From: Escherichia phage vB_EcoM-RPN187
Length of the DNA: 64,000 nt
Reading direction: 5' to 3' (one strand)
Sequence record: OL770074.2
Below are positions 1 to 10,192 of the stretch, piece after piece. The position numbers and the translations under genes were made by a program. The notes below the pieces were generated by a model. The model saw only the letters and a program-made list of their open reading frames with translations. It did no database searches and was not told where the DNA came from. How positions within the stretch are numbered: position 1 is the first letter of the stretch; each line of letters starts with the position of its first letter.

Positions 1-397
1 TCGGGTGTTTTGCTTGTGACGGCTCAGGGAACCCATCCGGAGATGTTACTTCGATGTCGAAGTTAGCCACACGAATTTTTGTATGGTCGTATTTGATTTC
101 ATAGTTATAAGTGTCAGACAAATACGCCAATTTGAAATCGTCCATGCCAAGTGCTTCAAGTCCGATATCTTCCATGCGTTTAATCCATTGGGAGGCATCA
201 CGCATATTGGCGAACAACTTACGAGTACACGGCTTACCGTAGATATCGAAATATTTCGTAGCCTGACTTTCTGGACAATGAGCAAACAGTGATGGTTTAT
301 ATTCTACTTCACGAGTACGTTCACGGCCGTTAGAATCGATGTAACGTTCAAAAATTGAATCACCAATCTGTTCAACCGTTAAGTAAAATTCTTTCAT
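1..397 (-). CDS. 43: DNA polymerase gp43, N-terminal fragment (gene runs off the window start)
   Basis: Minus-strand translation from ATG at 395-397 reads MKEFYLTVEQIGDSIFERYIDSNGRERTREVEY...RMEDIGLEALGMDDFKLAY, matching the recalled T4 gp43 N-terminus; frame stays open to position 1. Confidence 0.9.
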   Translation of the reverse strand, partial: MKEFYLTVEQIGDSIFERYIDSNGRERTREVEYKPSLFAHCPESQATKYFDIYGKPCTRKLFANMRDASQWIKRMEDIGLEALGMDDFKLAYLSDTYNYEIKYDHTKIRVANFDIEVTSPDGFPEPSQAKHP

Positions 398-482
398 TTA
401 ATTTCCTTTAGACGAGTTATTGTCTTTTGTTTGTTGATGAACTTATTATACTCCAAATGGGACCGAAGTCCCATTGCTTGCT

Positions 483-851
483 TTAATTACCAATTGTATA
501 TTTTGCTTTCAAAGTCCAGTCATCTTTCTGTTTAAAAGAGATAACACGGAAGTTATTAGTCAGGCTAAATAGATCTTCACGAGCAGAGTCTTCAATAACA
601 ATCAATCCCCAGTCTTCAAGCAACTGAGCAATCGAATCACGTCGCTGATAGTCTTCACCATCAATATCAACCTGACGTCCGTCCATACGCAGCATTTCTT
701 TAAAGTGGACGATATAGTACTTACCTTGCTTTTGGAGGATATGACAAGACTGGTAAAGGACTTTATCCTTGTTATTAGCGATGCCCATACGGGTCAAAGT
801 CTCTTTGACTTTCAGAAAATCTTCAGGGTTCTTCAATTTAATTTCAATCAT
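483..851 (-). CDS. regA: RegA translational repressor
   Basis: MIEIKLKNPEDFLKVKETLTRMGIANNKDKVLYQSCHILQ... near-identical to recalled T4 RegA; sits immediately upstream of gene 43 as in T4; ATG at 849-851. Confidence 0.9.
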   Translation of the reverse strand: MIEIKLKNPEDFLKVKETLTRMGIANNKDKVLYQSCHILQKQGKYYIVHFKEMLRMDGRQVDIDGEDYQRRDSIAQLLEDWGLIVIEDSAREDLFSLTNNFRVISFKQKDDWTLKAKYTIGN

Positions 852-853
852 TT

Positions 854-1417
854 TTACCATTCCAATGCTAATTTTTTAAATTGTTTTTGTTCTTTCACAT
901 TTTTTGTAACTTCTTTGAGAAACTCATCAGTGACCATGGCCTTCAGTTCTTTAAGGACTATTGGCAACTTGTTATTTTTTTCAAGGAGCCGCTTATACTC
1001 AGTAGCATCATTCATGTTGATTGTGTAATGTTTCATCAACAGTTTGATAACTAGTAACTCTGAAGTGTCTTCGACTAGTTTAGCCCATTTAGAGAATCGA
1101 CGACCACGCGGAATTGCCGCCATCATATAGTTGAAGTGCGCTTCATCACTTAATTCAGAACCGACTAAGTTCATCATGTAAACAGCTGGCATACATTCTG
1201 GGAACTGGGATAATGAGTTCTCAACCATAAATTTTGAGTAGTCGACCTGAGCAATTGACATAGATTTCTTTTCATTAATAGCATTAATGATTTTAAAGAA
1301 TTCATTCTCAGGTTTTTCTTTAAACATATCAGCACATTTTTGAATCGCATCAGCGTCATTAGACTTCCATGCAATTTGGTGCTCGTTAAGCTGGACGTCA
1401 TCATCGAATAAGTTCAT
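854..1417 (-). CDS. 62: clamp loader small subunit gp62
   Basis: 187-aa ORF in the T4 position between 44 and regA; same length as T4 gp62; tight stop/start spacing with neighbours. Confidence 0.8.
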   Translation of the reverse strand: MNLFDDDVQLNEHQIAWKSNDADAIQKCADMFKEKPENEFFKIINAINEKKSMSIAQVDYSKFMVENSLSQFPECMPAVYMMNLVGSELSDEAHFNYMMAAIPRGRRFSKWAKLVEDTSELLVIKLLMKHYTINMNDATEYKRLLEKNNKLPIVLKELKAMVTDEFLKEVTKNVKEQKQFKKLALEW

Positions 1418-1418
1418 A

Positions 1419-2381
1419 TTATTTCCAAGTCAGTTCGCAGGTCAGTTGAAGAAGCATATACATAACATGTAATTCAATATTACTTGCTAATCCATGAAAC
1501 TTATTGTTTTCGCCTGCAATTTCATAAAGCGAAATAATACTTTTACCAGGTGCAACTTGGTCATAACATTCTGAAACTAATTTATCGATGAACCATGAAT
1601 AATCTGCGGCATATTTTGGAGCTAATGCACGAAGCTGTTTGATATCTTTGTTCTTCATTGCTTCGATAACATCAGAGACTGTGCCACGGTCATTAGTTAC
1701 GATAGACAAAATACCCGCATCAAGAACACCTTTAGACGAGTACTGGTCTAATTGACCAATTGTGCGACGAAAGTCTGGGAAGTTCTTTTTAACCAGAGCT
1801 GCAACAACTTTCATATCAGCGATTTCGATATTTTCGTTCTTACAGATTTCAACCATACGATGAATCATTTTCTTCATCATCGAGATTTTATCTTCTTCGG
1901 TTGGACGTCCGAATTCGATAACTCGACAACGACTACGTAATGGTTCAATAATTCCATCGATGTTGTTAGCAGTAATAATAATAGAGCAGTTACTAGAGAA
2001 TTCTTCCATAAACGTACGAAGGTGACGTTGTGATTCGGCGAGACCACTACGGTCAAATTCATCGATAACAATAACTTTCGGCTTGCCTTCCATTGAGACT
2101 GAACGAGCAAATGCGGTTAACGGTCCCCGTACAAAATCAATCTTACAATCAGAACCGTTGACGAACATCATTTCGGCATTGATATCATTACATAATGCTT
2201 TTGCTACGGTTGTTTTACCTGTACCAGGAGAAGGAGAGTGCAAAATAATATGAGGAAGTTTTCCTTTAGATACTAAAGACTTGAATGTTTCATGGTCATA
2301 CGCAGGCAGAATACATTCGTCAATGGAAGAAGGACGATATTTCTGTTCTAGAATGTGTTCTTTGGAATTGATAGTAATCAT
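1419..2381 (-). CDS. 44: clamp loader ATPase gp44
   Basis: 320 aa with Walker [11 protein letters not shown] and Walker B VIVIDEFD; RFC-like; T4 synteny 45-44-62. Confidence 0.9.
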   Translation of the reverse strand: MITINSKEHILEQKYRPSSIDECILPAYDHETFKSLVSKGKLPHIILHSPSPGTGKTTVAKALCNDINAEMMFVNGSDCKIDFVRGPLTAFARSVSMEGKPKVIVIDEFDRSGLAESQRHLRTFMEEFSSNCSIIITANNIDGIIEPLRSRCRVIEFGRPTEEDKISMMKKMIHRMVEICKNENIEIADMKVVAALVKKNFPDFRRTIGQLDQYSSKGVLDAGILSIVTNDRGTVSDVIEAMKNKDIKQLRALAPKYAADYSWFIDKLVSECYDQVAPGKSIISLYEIAGENNKFHGLASNIELHVMYMLLQLTCELTWK

Positions 2382-2456
2382 GTAATTTTCCTCATTATCA
2401 TTAAACTGGAGGATTTCTCCTCCATAATAGTACTACATTAAACGTAAAGCTTTGAC

Positions 2457-3143
2457 TTAGAAGTCGTGAGTAGAATCGGCTTCCATCGCAATAACATAAC
2501 TTACTTGGGAGCTTTCAAACTTGGCTGCAACTTTATCACCAGCTCCCCACAACATTACTTTATAGTTACCTGGCTGGATTTTCATATTAGCCATATTGAT
2601 TACGAAGTTAAAATTGTTAGAACCGTCATAATCGGTAAGAGTCAAAGAATACTTAGGACGAGTTAGTCCAGAATCTTCAACTTTATTATAGCCATTGATA
2701 ACAATTTTACCATCTTTATTTGTAATAGCAATTGTATCAATCTGAAGACCACGTGAAACTCGAAGCAATTGTTGAAGGTCTTCAGCTTTAATTTCAGTAA
2801 TCACAGAAGCCACTGGGAATTGAATTGGCTTATTAGGAAAAACAATGGTGCTCTTGTCAGCGGCAGGCCAATAAACCGTGGAACGTGTATCTGCAATTTT
2901 AATATTGCCATCGGTGTGCATTGAAATTTCAGCATCATCAGACACTAGACTCAAAATGCTTAAGAAGCTATTCAAATCATAAAGTGCTACGTCAAAATCA
3001 ATTTCATCAGAGATATTTGCTTCCGCATAAGTGGTGCCATTAACTGCACGAGTCATAATAAATTTACCTTGACTCAGCAGAATGCCAGAGTTAATAGAGG
3101 CAAAGTTTTTCAGAATAGCGATAGTATCTTTAGACAGTTTCAT
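2457..3143 (-). CDS. 45: sliding clamp gp45
   Basis: MKLSKDTIAILKNFASINSGI... matches recalled T4 gp45; ATG at 3141-3143 (track ORF begins 5 codons earlier). Confidence 0.9.
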   Translation of the reverse strand: MKLSKDTIAILKNFASINSGILLSQGKFIMTRAVNGTTYAEANISDEIDFDVALYDLNSFLSILSLVSDDAEISMHTDGNIKIADTRSTVYWPAADKSTIVFPNKPIQFPVASVITEIKAEDLQQLLRVSRGLQIDTIAITNKDGKIVINGYNKVEDSGLTRPKYSLTLTDYDGSNNFNFVINMANMKIQPGNYKVMLWGAGDKVAAKFESSQVSYVIAMEADSTHDF

Positions 3144-3183
3144 TTTATTTCCTTTCAAGACAATTCAAAGTTTAACAAATTTA

Positions 3184-3600
3184 TTATGCAGTAACCATTT
3201 GCTTTTTAATAGCTTCAGGCAGTGATTCAATATATTCTGGAATTTTAGAAGCAACAATTTCGCCGGCTGCAATTAGTTGTTCGTCGGCATCAACACAGTA
3301 GAAATCTTCCAGACGCTCAGAACCATCTTTATCAAGAACGATTTTTCCGCCGGCTTCAATAGAATCTTTATAGTGCTTACGCATCAGATGAATCCACATA
3401 TCAGATACATCGTTATCAATAAAACCATAAATCATAAAACGAGTTTCTTGTGGCAAAGATTGGAGTTTTTTAGCACTTGCGTCATCACAATGCAGGACCC
3501 ATGCTTTACGAACACGATTATGGTTATGTGGGTTAGCGTCAGTACGGATAGAAGTAACTTTCAGATCAGCAGCAGTGAAACCTTTAGCAGTAGTAAACAT
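3184..3600 (-). CDS. rpbA: RNA polymerase-binding protein RpbA-like (by position)
   Basis: 138-aa ORF in the slot that rpbA occupies in T4 between 45 and 46; sequence not independently recognised. Confidence 0.45.
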   Translation of the reverse strand: MFTTAKGFTAADLKVTSIRTDANPHNHNRVRKAWVLHCDDASAKKLQSLPQETRFMIYGFIDNDVSDMWIHLMRKHYKDSIEAGGKIVLDKDGSERLEDFYCVDADEQLIAAGEIVASKIPEYIESLPEAIKKQMVTA

Positions 3601-3612
3601 ATTATTTCTCTC

Positions 3613-3813
3613 TTATTCGTAGAAGTCGGTAACTGTCCATGCGGAATTGCGATTAGACATTATTTTATTATACTCATCTTTAAAAGCAGATTTGAGCATT
3701 TGTTCAGTAACAATATGTTCTTCACCTGAAAACGTATTGGTCAAAACATATTTTTTAATTTCAGGGACAACGAGAAGATGTTGGCCAGTTGAATACTCCA
3801 TGTTGTTCTCCAT
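3613..3813 (-). CDS. hypothetical protein (66 aa), 45.2 position
   Basis: Small ORF packed between rpbA-like and gene 46 on the coding strand. Confidence 0.4.
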   Translation of the reverse strand: MENNMEYSTGQHLLVVPEIKKYVLTNTFSGEEHIVTEQMLKSAFKDEYNKIMSNRNSAWTVTDFYE

Positions 3814-3855
3814 TTAATTTGATGTGGTCATTATAACCACATCGTGTTAAAGCGT

Positions 3856-5544
3856 TTATGAAACAGTCATTACCGTAAATCGTCCAACTTTGCTCATCTG
3901 AAGATGCTGTCCATACCGTTGAGGGTCATGGTCTCGATGAGAGATAATGAACACATTAGTATTTTGTAAACTTCCAAGAATGGTATCTATAGCCTTAACA
4001 GCCTCAGAATCGACAGCGCCATCAAAAACCTCATCAAGAATCAGAGTGTTGATTTTAACACCAGAGACCTTTTCAGCAATATCTCGCCATGTAAACAACA
4101 ATGCGATATCGATACGTGCCTTTTCACCTTGACTAAATGAAGCATAACTAAAATCTTCACGACCACGTGATTTTATAGATTCATTGAATTCTTCGTCAAT
4201 AGAAAACACGTAATCAGCTTCCATGATTTTAAGATAATAGTTAATCTGCTTGTTGAACAGAGGCACATATTTTTTAATGATAGCACCTTTAATACCAGAA
4301 TCTTTTAACATATCTGTGATAATACCACGATGGTATTTTTCAAGAACGATATCCGATTTTGTTTTAATGATTTTATCAAGTTCTTTTTGAAGCAAAGCTA
4401 TCTCATCGGCATGGTCGATAAATTCCGCTGAGGCTTGTTCTATTGCAGCTTTAACTTTCTTAGCTTTATCAATAGTGGCAATCATTGCTTGTTTCTTGGT
4501 ACGAATATCAGATGCAAGGTCCTGTTTAGTCTTAACATTAGCTCTATATTCGTCCACTAGGACACTCAGATTATCTCTGTGACATGTAAGTTGCTCGAAT
4601 GAGTGATTACATTCGTGAAGCTTATCGGTAATCTTAGAGACAATAGGATCACCCTGGTGCAACTGTGATGCACAAGTAGGACATGTGCCGCCGTCATGAT
4701 ACATCTTAATAACTTTGTTATATGAGTCAATTTTAGATTTAATCAAGAATGCTTCTTGTCCTATCTTGTTGAATGCCTCAGTAGGGTCTTCATCAAGAAC
4801 GATATTAAGTAGTCGCTCATTAGCTTCTTCGATTTCTGCTTTTAATGAACGAGCTTCTTTGGCTAGGTCGTCATACATATTCTGTAGACGCGCTACATTA
4901 TCACCAGATAATTTCTTTTGACGTTCGATATTCTCGTTATAAATCTTAATTTGTTGGATAACACCATCTTTCTTGGCATCGAGAACTTGTCCCTGGGAAT
5001 TAAGTTCTCGAACTTGAGACTTATTGATTTTATCCATTTCAGCGAGTGTGCCGACTTCTAAAAGGTCTTCAACAAGTTTTCTGCGAGCAGGGGTGCTAAG
5101 AGCCATGAAAGGGGTATACCCTGCCGTCCCAAGCACAACGATTTGTTTAAAAGACGCGTATGACATTCCGATGCTACGTTCAAATTCTTCTTGGAAGTCA
5201 CGACTGCTGGCAGATTCATCAAGACGAACACCGTCAACGGAGATTTCGAAAATATTGGGCTTTTGGCCACGTTTAATGAAGTATTTTTTACCATCAAATT
5301 CCATCCAAAGCTCAACTAAGAGCTCTTTCTTGTTCGTGCTATTAATGATTTGCCCTTTCTTAACATCACGAAATGGTTTACCGAAAAGTCCAAAAGTAAT
5401 GGCTTCTAACATCGTAGATTTACCACCACCATTTTTACCAGTGATTAATGTCTTTTGGACTTTATCTAATTGGATGTCAATAGGATTCCCGCCTACCGAC
5501 ATGATGTTTTGATAACGAACACGATTTAATTTAAATGATTTCAT
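3856..5544 (-). CDS. 46: recombination endonuclease subunit gp46 (Rad50/SbcC-like)
   Basis: 562 aa, Walker A GKNGGGKST near N-terminus, long coiled-coil middle, CxxC hook (CPTC), C-terminal LILDEVFDG D-loop region. Confidence 0.9.
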   Translation of the reverse strand: MKSFKLNRVRYQNIMSVGGNPIDIQLDKVQKTLITGKNGGGKSTMLEAITFGLFGKPFRDVKKGQIINSTNKKELLVELWMEFDGKKYFIKRGQKPNIFEISVDGVRLDESASSRDFQEEFERSIGMSYASFKQIVVLGTAGYTPFMALSTPARRKLVEDLLEVGTLAEMDKINKSQVRELNSQGQVLDAKKDGVIQQIKIYNENIERQKKLSGDNVARLQNMYDDLAKEARSLKAEIEEANERLLNIVLDEDPTEAFNKIGQEAFLIKSKIDSYNKVIKMYHDGGTCPTCASQLHQGDPIVSKITDKLHECNHSFEQLTCHRDNLSVLVDEYRANVKTKQDLASDIRTKKQAMIATIDKAKKVKAAIEQASAEFIDHADEIALLQKELDKIIKTKSDIVLEKYHRGIITDMLKDSGIKGAIIKKYVPLFNKQINYYLKIMEADYVFSIDEEFNESIKSRGREDFSYASFSQGEKARIDIALLFTWRDIAEKVSGVKINTLILDEVFDGAVDSEAVKAIDTILGSLQNTNVFIISHRDHDPQRYGQHLQMSKVGRFTVMTVS

Positions 5545-5795
5545 ATGTATTCTCTTCGAATGAAGTCCTCTACATATTTTAACATGTCATCTCTATCAGC
5601 AAAATATTCATCTAGTTCTGCATACATAACAACACCCGGTGCGTACTCACAGGTAACATACATTGTTCCAAAGAAACGAGGAGTTGATTCCTCGTAATTC
5701 TCAGTCCATTCAACGACACCAATATAACCGTCACCAATACTAAATTCATGACGTTGGATTTCGTAATCAGTCTTCGTCATTATACGCGTCCTCAA
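5541..5795 (-). CDS. hypothetical protein (84 aa)
   Basis: ORF between 46 and 47, 4-nt overlap with gene 46 start; position of T4 46.1/46.2. Confidence 0.4.
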   Translation of the reverse strand: MRTRIMTKTDYEIQRHEFSIGDGYIGVVEWTENYEESTPRFFGTMYVTCEYAPGVVMYAELDEYFADRDDMLKYVEDFIRREYI

Positions 5796-6024
5796 TACAC
5801 GCTTCAGCCATTTTAAGAATAGAGCCAGGAGTATCGTTGTCCATTATATTAAAGCTAAATTCAATAGCCCAGTCAGTGCAGACATGAACTGCTTTAACTT
5901 CATTGCCTTCAACGCGTAATGGCTCAATCCAATACTTGATAGTGTTCTCGAATCCATCATCATCTTTAACGTCCATTTCAACTTCAAGCCTGAGTCCAGC
6001 ATTGTTAAATTCATCTAAAGTCAT
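5767..6024 (-). CDS. hypothetical protein (85 aa)
   Basis: ORF between 46 and 47, overlaps gene 47 stop; position of T4 46.1/46.2. Confidence 0.4.
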   Translation of the reverse strand: MTLDEFNNAGLRLEVEMDVKDDDGFENTIKYWIEPLRVEGNEVKAVHVCTDWAIEFSFNIMDNDTPGSILKMAEACIEDAYNDED

Positions 6025-7040
6025 TGTGTTGCCTCAATATAAAGTTCGTTGGAATATTTGACCAGCGCTTCTCTGTCTTCGTCTGAGATATCTGGAATCG
6101 CGTCAATATATTCTTTAATGATATCTTGAAGTGATTTAATCTCGATTTCCTGGTCGTCATCAGATTCAACACTGTTATCAACTTTAGAAACCATACGAAG
6201 AGAGTGAACTACTTTTTCAAGTTCAGATTCAAACTTAGTCAACTCTGAATCAATTTCTGATACTATAACACGTACGGCTAGATTAGTATAATCAGAATAA
6301 TTGATTTTGCCTTTAAACGGATAAGTGATTCGTCGATGCCATGTTGTTTCATTAGGAATAAATTCCATACGTTCAACATCGGTGTCAAATACCCAGAATC
6401 CTCGAGGGTCGTTTTCATCACCTGCAGTAAGGGTCCATGGTGTCCCAATATATTTGACGTTAGCAGCTTCAGAGATTGTGTGGAAGTGGCCGGACCAGAC
6501 TTGTTTATAGGTCTTTAAAAAATCAGGTTCAAGCCCATGAGACTTCATTCCTTTATAGAAATAAAAACCATTCAGTTCCCAGTGCCCAACACAATACGCG
6601 GCAGAAGAAGTCTTGATGTGCTCTAAGATTTCACCAGTATTTTCTTCGCACATCCAAGGAATTAAATCAATCAAACATCCGTCAAAATCTACTGTAGTAG
6701 GCTTATCATATACTTTAACATTAGGATATTTAGCTAAAAGCTCAGTAGAAGCGTTTGGAGTTAAAGTATTTTTAAAGTGCATATCATGGTTTCCTACAAC
6801 AGTATGTAGGGTAATACCAGCCTCATCAAGCATTTGAACTATTTCACGTGCGAACTCCATAGTTTTATGCGTGATTGCTTTTCGCACATCAAAAATATCG
6901 CCGTATTGAATCCATGTAGTAATTCCATTTTTCTTAGAATATTCTATCGCCTGCTTAATTCCATCCAACTGAATGGATTGAACCCACTCATCATCGGCTT
7001 TAACACCTAAATGCCAATCACCTAAATTTAAAATTTTCAT
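6021..7040 (-). CDS. 47: recombination endonuclease subunit gp47 (Mre11/SbcD-like)
   Basis: 339 aa; calcineurin-like phosphoesterase motifs (LGDWHLG, GDIFD, GNHD, GHWE, GHFH). Confidence 0.9.
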   Translation of the reverse strand: MKILNLGDWHLGVKADDEWVQSIQLDGIKQAIEYSKKNGITTWIQYGDIFDVRKAITHKTMEFAREIVQMLDEAGITLHTVVGNHDMHFKNTLTPNASTELLAKYPNVKVYDKPTTVDFDGCLIDLIPWMCEENTGEILEHIKTSSAAYCVGHWELNGFYFYKGMKSHGLEPDFLKTYKQVWSGHFHTISEAANVKYIGTPWTLTAGDENDPRGFWVFDTDVERMEFIPNETTWHRRITYPFKGKINYSDYTNLAVRVIVSEIDSELTKFESELEKVVHSLRMVSKVDNSVESDDDQEIEIKSLQDIIKEYIDAIPDISDEDREALVKYSNELYIEATQ

Positions 7041-7083
7041 ATTATTTCCTCATTAGTTAATTCATTCTATCATCCGTTTATAA

Positions 7084-7118
7084 AGCAAAAAAAAAAGGAA
7101 CTCCGAAGAGTTCCTATC
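7084..7118 (-). terminator. rho-independent terminator (GGAACTC-ttcg-GAGTTCC plus U-run)
   Basis: Minus strand reads GGAACTCTTCGGAGTTCC followed by TTTTTTTTTT; overlaps the stop of the 57-aa ORF and lies upstream of gene 47. Confidence 0.6.
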
Positions 7119-7287
7119 CACATAGTACACCGTACAGAGGCTCATTTGAACTTTTAAATCGAATGGGCTTGTATGTAATAGTTCCTTCGGCTTTAGCTTT
7201 ATCATAAGACTCTTTAAAACGTCTCATTCTTTCTGCTTTGCCTTTACGGATTTTATCGAAATTTTCAGAAGTCGGGATGTTCGTCAT
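7114..7287 (-). CDS. hypothetical small protein (57 aa, below the track cutoff)
   Basis: ATG at 7285-7287; MTNIPTSENFDKIRKGKAERMRRFKESYDKAKAEGTITYKPIRFKSSNEPLYGVLCG; stop inside the terminator hairpin. Confidence 0.3.
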   Translation of the reverse strand: MTNIPTSENFDKIRKGKAERMRRFKESYDKAKAEGTITYKPIRFKSSNEPLYGVLCG

Positions 7288-7326
7288 GCATAAGCACCTC
7301 TCAGAAAATGCCTAAATCGATTTCTC

Positions 7327-7548
7327 TCATCGTTTCCACCATTTCTTAACTTGAAATGAATCAACCCACACGAGTTGTTTTGGGTCTGCCTTTACAATAG
7401 GCGGACAAATTTCTGTAATAGAACCGTCGTGATATTCCTTTTCAGAGATTTTAACGCAAAGAGGACCTCCCAATTTAAGGGTGAACCCTGCGTTCAGCTT
7501 CAGACGTTTAAACTTTGTTTGAACTAGCGCCATTAATGATGTCCTCAA
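7327..7548 (-). CDS. hypothetical protein (73 aa)
   Basis: ORF on coding strand in the 47-55 spacer; start uncertain, overlaps next ORF. Confidence 0.3.
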   Translation of the reverse strand: MRTSLMALVQTKFKRLKLNAGFTLKLGGPLCVKISEKEYHDGSITEICPPIVKADPKQLVWVDSFQVKKWWKR

Positions 7549-7831
7549 TAGCCTGACGAGTAGTAACCCACTGGATTTTAATTAACTTGTCGTTATATGG
7601 TTGTCGTAGAATATCCCGAGATTTCTTAATAGCATATTCGTAAGCTTCGAAGTTGTTTTGAATTGCTGCTTCTTGAGCATGAGCATAAAGACGGTTTAGT
7701 TCAAAACGATTCTTTTTAAGAATCTTTTCGGATTTTTTACGTGCTTCAGCTTCATTTTTCTTTTGGATTTCTTGTAGCATTTTAGCTACTGCATCTTCTG
7801 CTTCTTTATTTTCAATAATCTCGGTAGTCAT
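7508..7831 (-). CDS. hypothetical protein (107 aa)
   Basis: ORF on coding strand in the 47-55 spacer. Confidence 0.4.
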   Translation of the reverse strand: MTTEIIENKEAEDAVAKMLQEIQKKNEAEARKKSEKILKKNRFELNRLYAHAQEAAIQNNFEAYEYAIKKSRDILRQPYNDKLIKIQWVTTRQAIEDIINGASSNKV

Positions 7832-7832
7832 A

Positions 7833-8126
7833 TTATCTCATTAAATTAAAATAAAAACGTCCATCCTCTTCAATACAGAACTCATACTCAACCGGAGTCC
7901 CATTTATCGAAAATGACACGTCATGTGGGTTCAAAGGGTCGATGTCAAAATTAATTTTAAATTCACGACCCAACAGTTTTACCAAATAAGGGATTGCTTC
8001 GTCAAAAGGTTCTTCTAAGTAGTTAGAGATGTCAATTGTCATCCTCATATAAAAAATCCAAACTAGGCGAATCGCTAACAACTTCCTTCTTTTCAGCCCC
8101 AGGAGCTTTATAAGCGGATTCTTCAT
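7833..8126 (-). CDS. hypothetical protein (start probably internal, about 70 aa)
   Basis: Track ORF overlaps the gp55 C-terminus; internal Met near 8042 gives a short overlap. Confidence 0.35.
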   Translation of the reverse strand: MKNPLIKLLGLKRRKLLAIRLVWIFYMRMTIDISNYLEEPFDEAIPYLVKLLGREFKINFDIDPLNPHDVSFSINGTPVEYEFCIEEDGRFYFNLMR

Positions 8127-8589
8127 AATGCGTCATTTTATCGTAGATGTCTTGAATAAACGTTTCATCTACCAACGCTACCATATCATCGTCATGACTG
8201 TCGTAGACGTTATGAACGAAGTAACTATATTTCTTTGCAACTTCCTTACGTTCTTTTTTGATACGTTGGACAAAAGCATTAAAACAAGCTCGAGTTATGT
8301 ATGCATGTGGGTTATTGTACTTAGTTTCGTCGAAATTATGAAGTCCCTTAATAGAGGCTTCAATCCCATCTGCAATCATCTCCTGCTTCCAAGACTGGGT
8401 ATATCCTGAAAAGTTGAAACGTTTGGACAGGCCTTCAGCGATAAGCATAATTGCTAAACCGATGGTATCATTCTGACGAATAATTTTGTTTGGGTCTTTA
8501 TTATTTAAGAGCTCCTTTTTCCACTCGATTATAGCGGCGAGAAGCTCTTTATTATTCACATAGTTATTTTTAGGTTTTTGTTCAGTCAT
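8032..8589 (-). CDS. 55: late-transcription sigma factor gp55
   Basis: 185 aa; [24 protein letters not shown]...[53 protein letters not shown], close to recalled T4 gp55. Confidence 0.9.
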   Translation of the reverse strand: MTEQKPKNNYVNNKELLAAIIEWKKELLNNKDPNKIIRQNDTIGLAIMLIAEGLSKRFNFSGYTQSWKQEMIADGIEASIKGLHNFDETKYNNPHAYITRACFNAFVQRIKKERKEVAKKYSYFVHNVYDSHDDDMVALVDETFIQDIYDKMTHYEESAYKAPGAEKKEVVSDSPSLDFLYEDDN

Positions 8590-8599
8590 AAGTACCTCT

Positions 8600-8656
8600 T
8601 AGCTCAATTCATAGGTCTATTATATCATAATATTTAGAGACCTATCTTAAAGCACG
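8600..8656 (-). promoter_or_regulatory. promoter region upstream of gene 55 (MotA-box-like TGCTTTA plus TAAATA, inside palindrome TAGGTCT...AGACCTA)
   Basis: Minus strand: gTGCTTTAagataggtctcTAAATAttatgaTATAATagacctatg. Confidence 0.4.
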
Positions 8657-8661
8657 AGATA

Positions 8662-8931
8662 CTATCGGAGCAAACAATAAGCCTGAAACACTTTTTCCAT
8701 TAAACGTTTGAACTCATGGATATCGATATAAAGCTCAGTAAGACCGGCATTATAAAGAAAATCTAAAAAGTTCTCATGTGTTTCGTTATAGTCGCCTTCG
8801 TTTAATTGAGATACATGAGTTTCCCAAAAACCAACACCTTTAACGAATGGAAAATACGTGACTTTCATGTATTCGTCAACATAAAATTCGCCCAGCTTTT
8901 CTTCAGTTATACTGATTCGAGTTAATTTCAT
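8662..8931 (-). CDS. hypothetical protein (89 aa)
   Basis: Coding-strand ORF, 4-nt overlap with the next ORF. Confidence 0.4.
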   Translation of the reverse strand: MKLTRISITEEKLGEFYVDEYMKVTYFPFVKGVGFWETHVSQLNEGDYNETHENFLDFLYNAGLTELYIDIHEFKRLMEKVFQAYCLLR

Positions 8932-9155
8932 TCTAGTTCCTTTGCTGCTTCAAGAGCATCATCCAACGAATCAAATTGGTCAACGAAATCGATATTCAAC
9001 GCATCGTCAGCCGTAGCATATAGCCACCATTGTTTGAATTCATATTCTAGGATAAATCCAAGCCCTTCAATCTGAGAAAGACCTAGGCTATTTGTACCAA
9101 CTTCGTAACCAGCTAGACGCAGGTCATTAATCAAAGATTCTGTTAATACGCTCAT
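8928..9155 (-). CDS. hypothetical protein (75 aa), acidic
   Basis: Coding-strand ORF with ATGA-type overlaps at both ends. Confidence 0.4.
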   Translation of the reverse strand: MSVLTESLINDLRLAGYEVGTNSLGLSQIEGLGFILEYEFKQWWLYATADDALNIDFVDQFDSLDDALEAAKELE

Positions 9156-9484
9156 TTTACCGCCTTAACAATTTTCAGGTCAACGAATTTTTTCTTACGT
9201 TGATTTTTCATACGACGGATAGTCTTTTCAGAGATTTCATGTTTCTGATAAGCTTTAGATTCAACACCAAATGCAGCAACGTCAAATTCAGAAAGAATAT
9301 ATTGTACTAGAATTTCACGAATAGAATTACGTCCAATTTTCTGGTCGTGTTTTTGCATGATTTCATAAAGACGGAATTCCCATGCGTCAAGGACTTGAGG
9401 AGTAACAATATTGCCGGATTCCAGAAGAGCAACAACTTTATCGAAAGCGAAAGAATTAACTACGTTTTTGATTTTAGTAGACAT
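9152..9484 (-). CDS. hypothetical protein (110 aa)
   Basis: ATG at 9482-9484 preceded by CCGAGGAAAATAAT; the track ORF extends upstream through a non-ATG codon. Confidence 0.45.
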   Translation of the reverse strand: MSTKIKNVVNSFAFDKVVALLESGNIVTPQVLDAWEFRLYEIMQKHDQKIGRNSIREILVQYILSEFDVAAFGVESKAYQKHEISEKTIRRMKNQRKKKFVDLKIVKAVK

Positions 9485-9519
9485 ATTATTTTCCTCGGTT
9501 ATTTTATTATCCAATGAGA

Positions 9520-9550
9520 GCATTATACTCTGCTCTCAAGAGTTTGTGCA
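9520..9550 (-). promoter_or_regulatory. early promoter with hairpin (TGAGAGC-AGAGTATAAT-GCTCTCA)
   Basis: Minus strand: TGTGCA..AACTCTTGAGAGCAGAGTATAATGCTCTCATTGG; near-identical copy at 40078-40125. Confidence 0.5.
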
Positions 9551-9790
9551 TTATTCCGTGATAAGATAATGTAAATAGTTTGCTTGACGAACACTGATAT
9601 CAACACCCATATCAAAGATACCTTTATAGAACGGGTATTTGTTTTCAGTAGAATCTAGACTAAAAGCCTTTCCACCACAACTAACGGTAATAGCATCAGT
9701 TAAAGTGTCATATACAAACTTAATAGTTGAGCCATTCACTACGACTTCAAGACGTTTTTTCGATGTAATAACGTCTAATTCTTGTTCCAT
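9551..9790 (-). CDS. hypothetical protein (79 aa)
   Basis: Coding-strand ORF. Confidence 0.4.
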   Translation of the reverse strand: MEQELDVITSKKRLEVVVNGSTIKFVYDTLTDAITVSCGGKAFSLDSTENKYPFYKGIFDMGVDISVRQANYLHYLITE

Positions 9791-9853
9791 GATATTTTCC
9801 TCATTTTAAGACGATAGGAAGATAATAACACGTCTTCCTATCGTTGTACATTA

Positions 9854-10066
9854 TTAACCGAACTTTTTAGCGCCTTTCCAGCCTTCATACATAGCTGCAC
9901 AAGTCAGTAGTACAGCGTGCTGGCATTCTTTGTATTTGTAAATCCAGAACCAACGTAAAAAGTCTTCGTCCTCAACGCCGTTGAGTTTCATATTGGCAAA
10001 GAATTCGGCACGTTCTTCACGAAGTTGCCATGACACAATATTTTCAGGATTCATTTTGTGTTCCAC
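9854..10066 (-). CDS. hypothetical protein (70 aa)
   Basis: Coding-strand ORF. Confidence 0.35.
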   Translation of the reverse strand: MEHKMNPENIVSWQLREERAEFFANMKLNGVEDEDFLRWFWIYKYKECQHAVLLTCAAMYEGWKGAKKFG

Positions 10067-10192
10067 GTCCCATTTTCATCGATGAACTTAATCCAGTCAT
10101 TTACAGACCATTTAGTTGTATCACCCTTTGGATTAACATTTAAAGTATATAATCCCTGCTTAAAAAGCATTCGTTTGATATTCATAATTTCC

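Noticed and set aside
46-292. Track ORFs 46-285 (minus) and 83-292 (plus)
   Set aside because: They lie inside the gp43 N-terminal coding region in other frames or on the other strand; the gp43 frame is supported by sequence identity.
5024-5512. Plus-strand ORF inside gene 46, and similar antisense ORFs inside 47, nrdD, gp44 and others
   Set aside because: Antisense to well-supported genes, with no start signals of their own.
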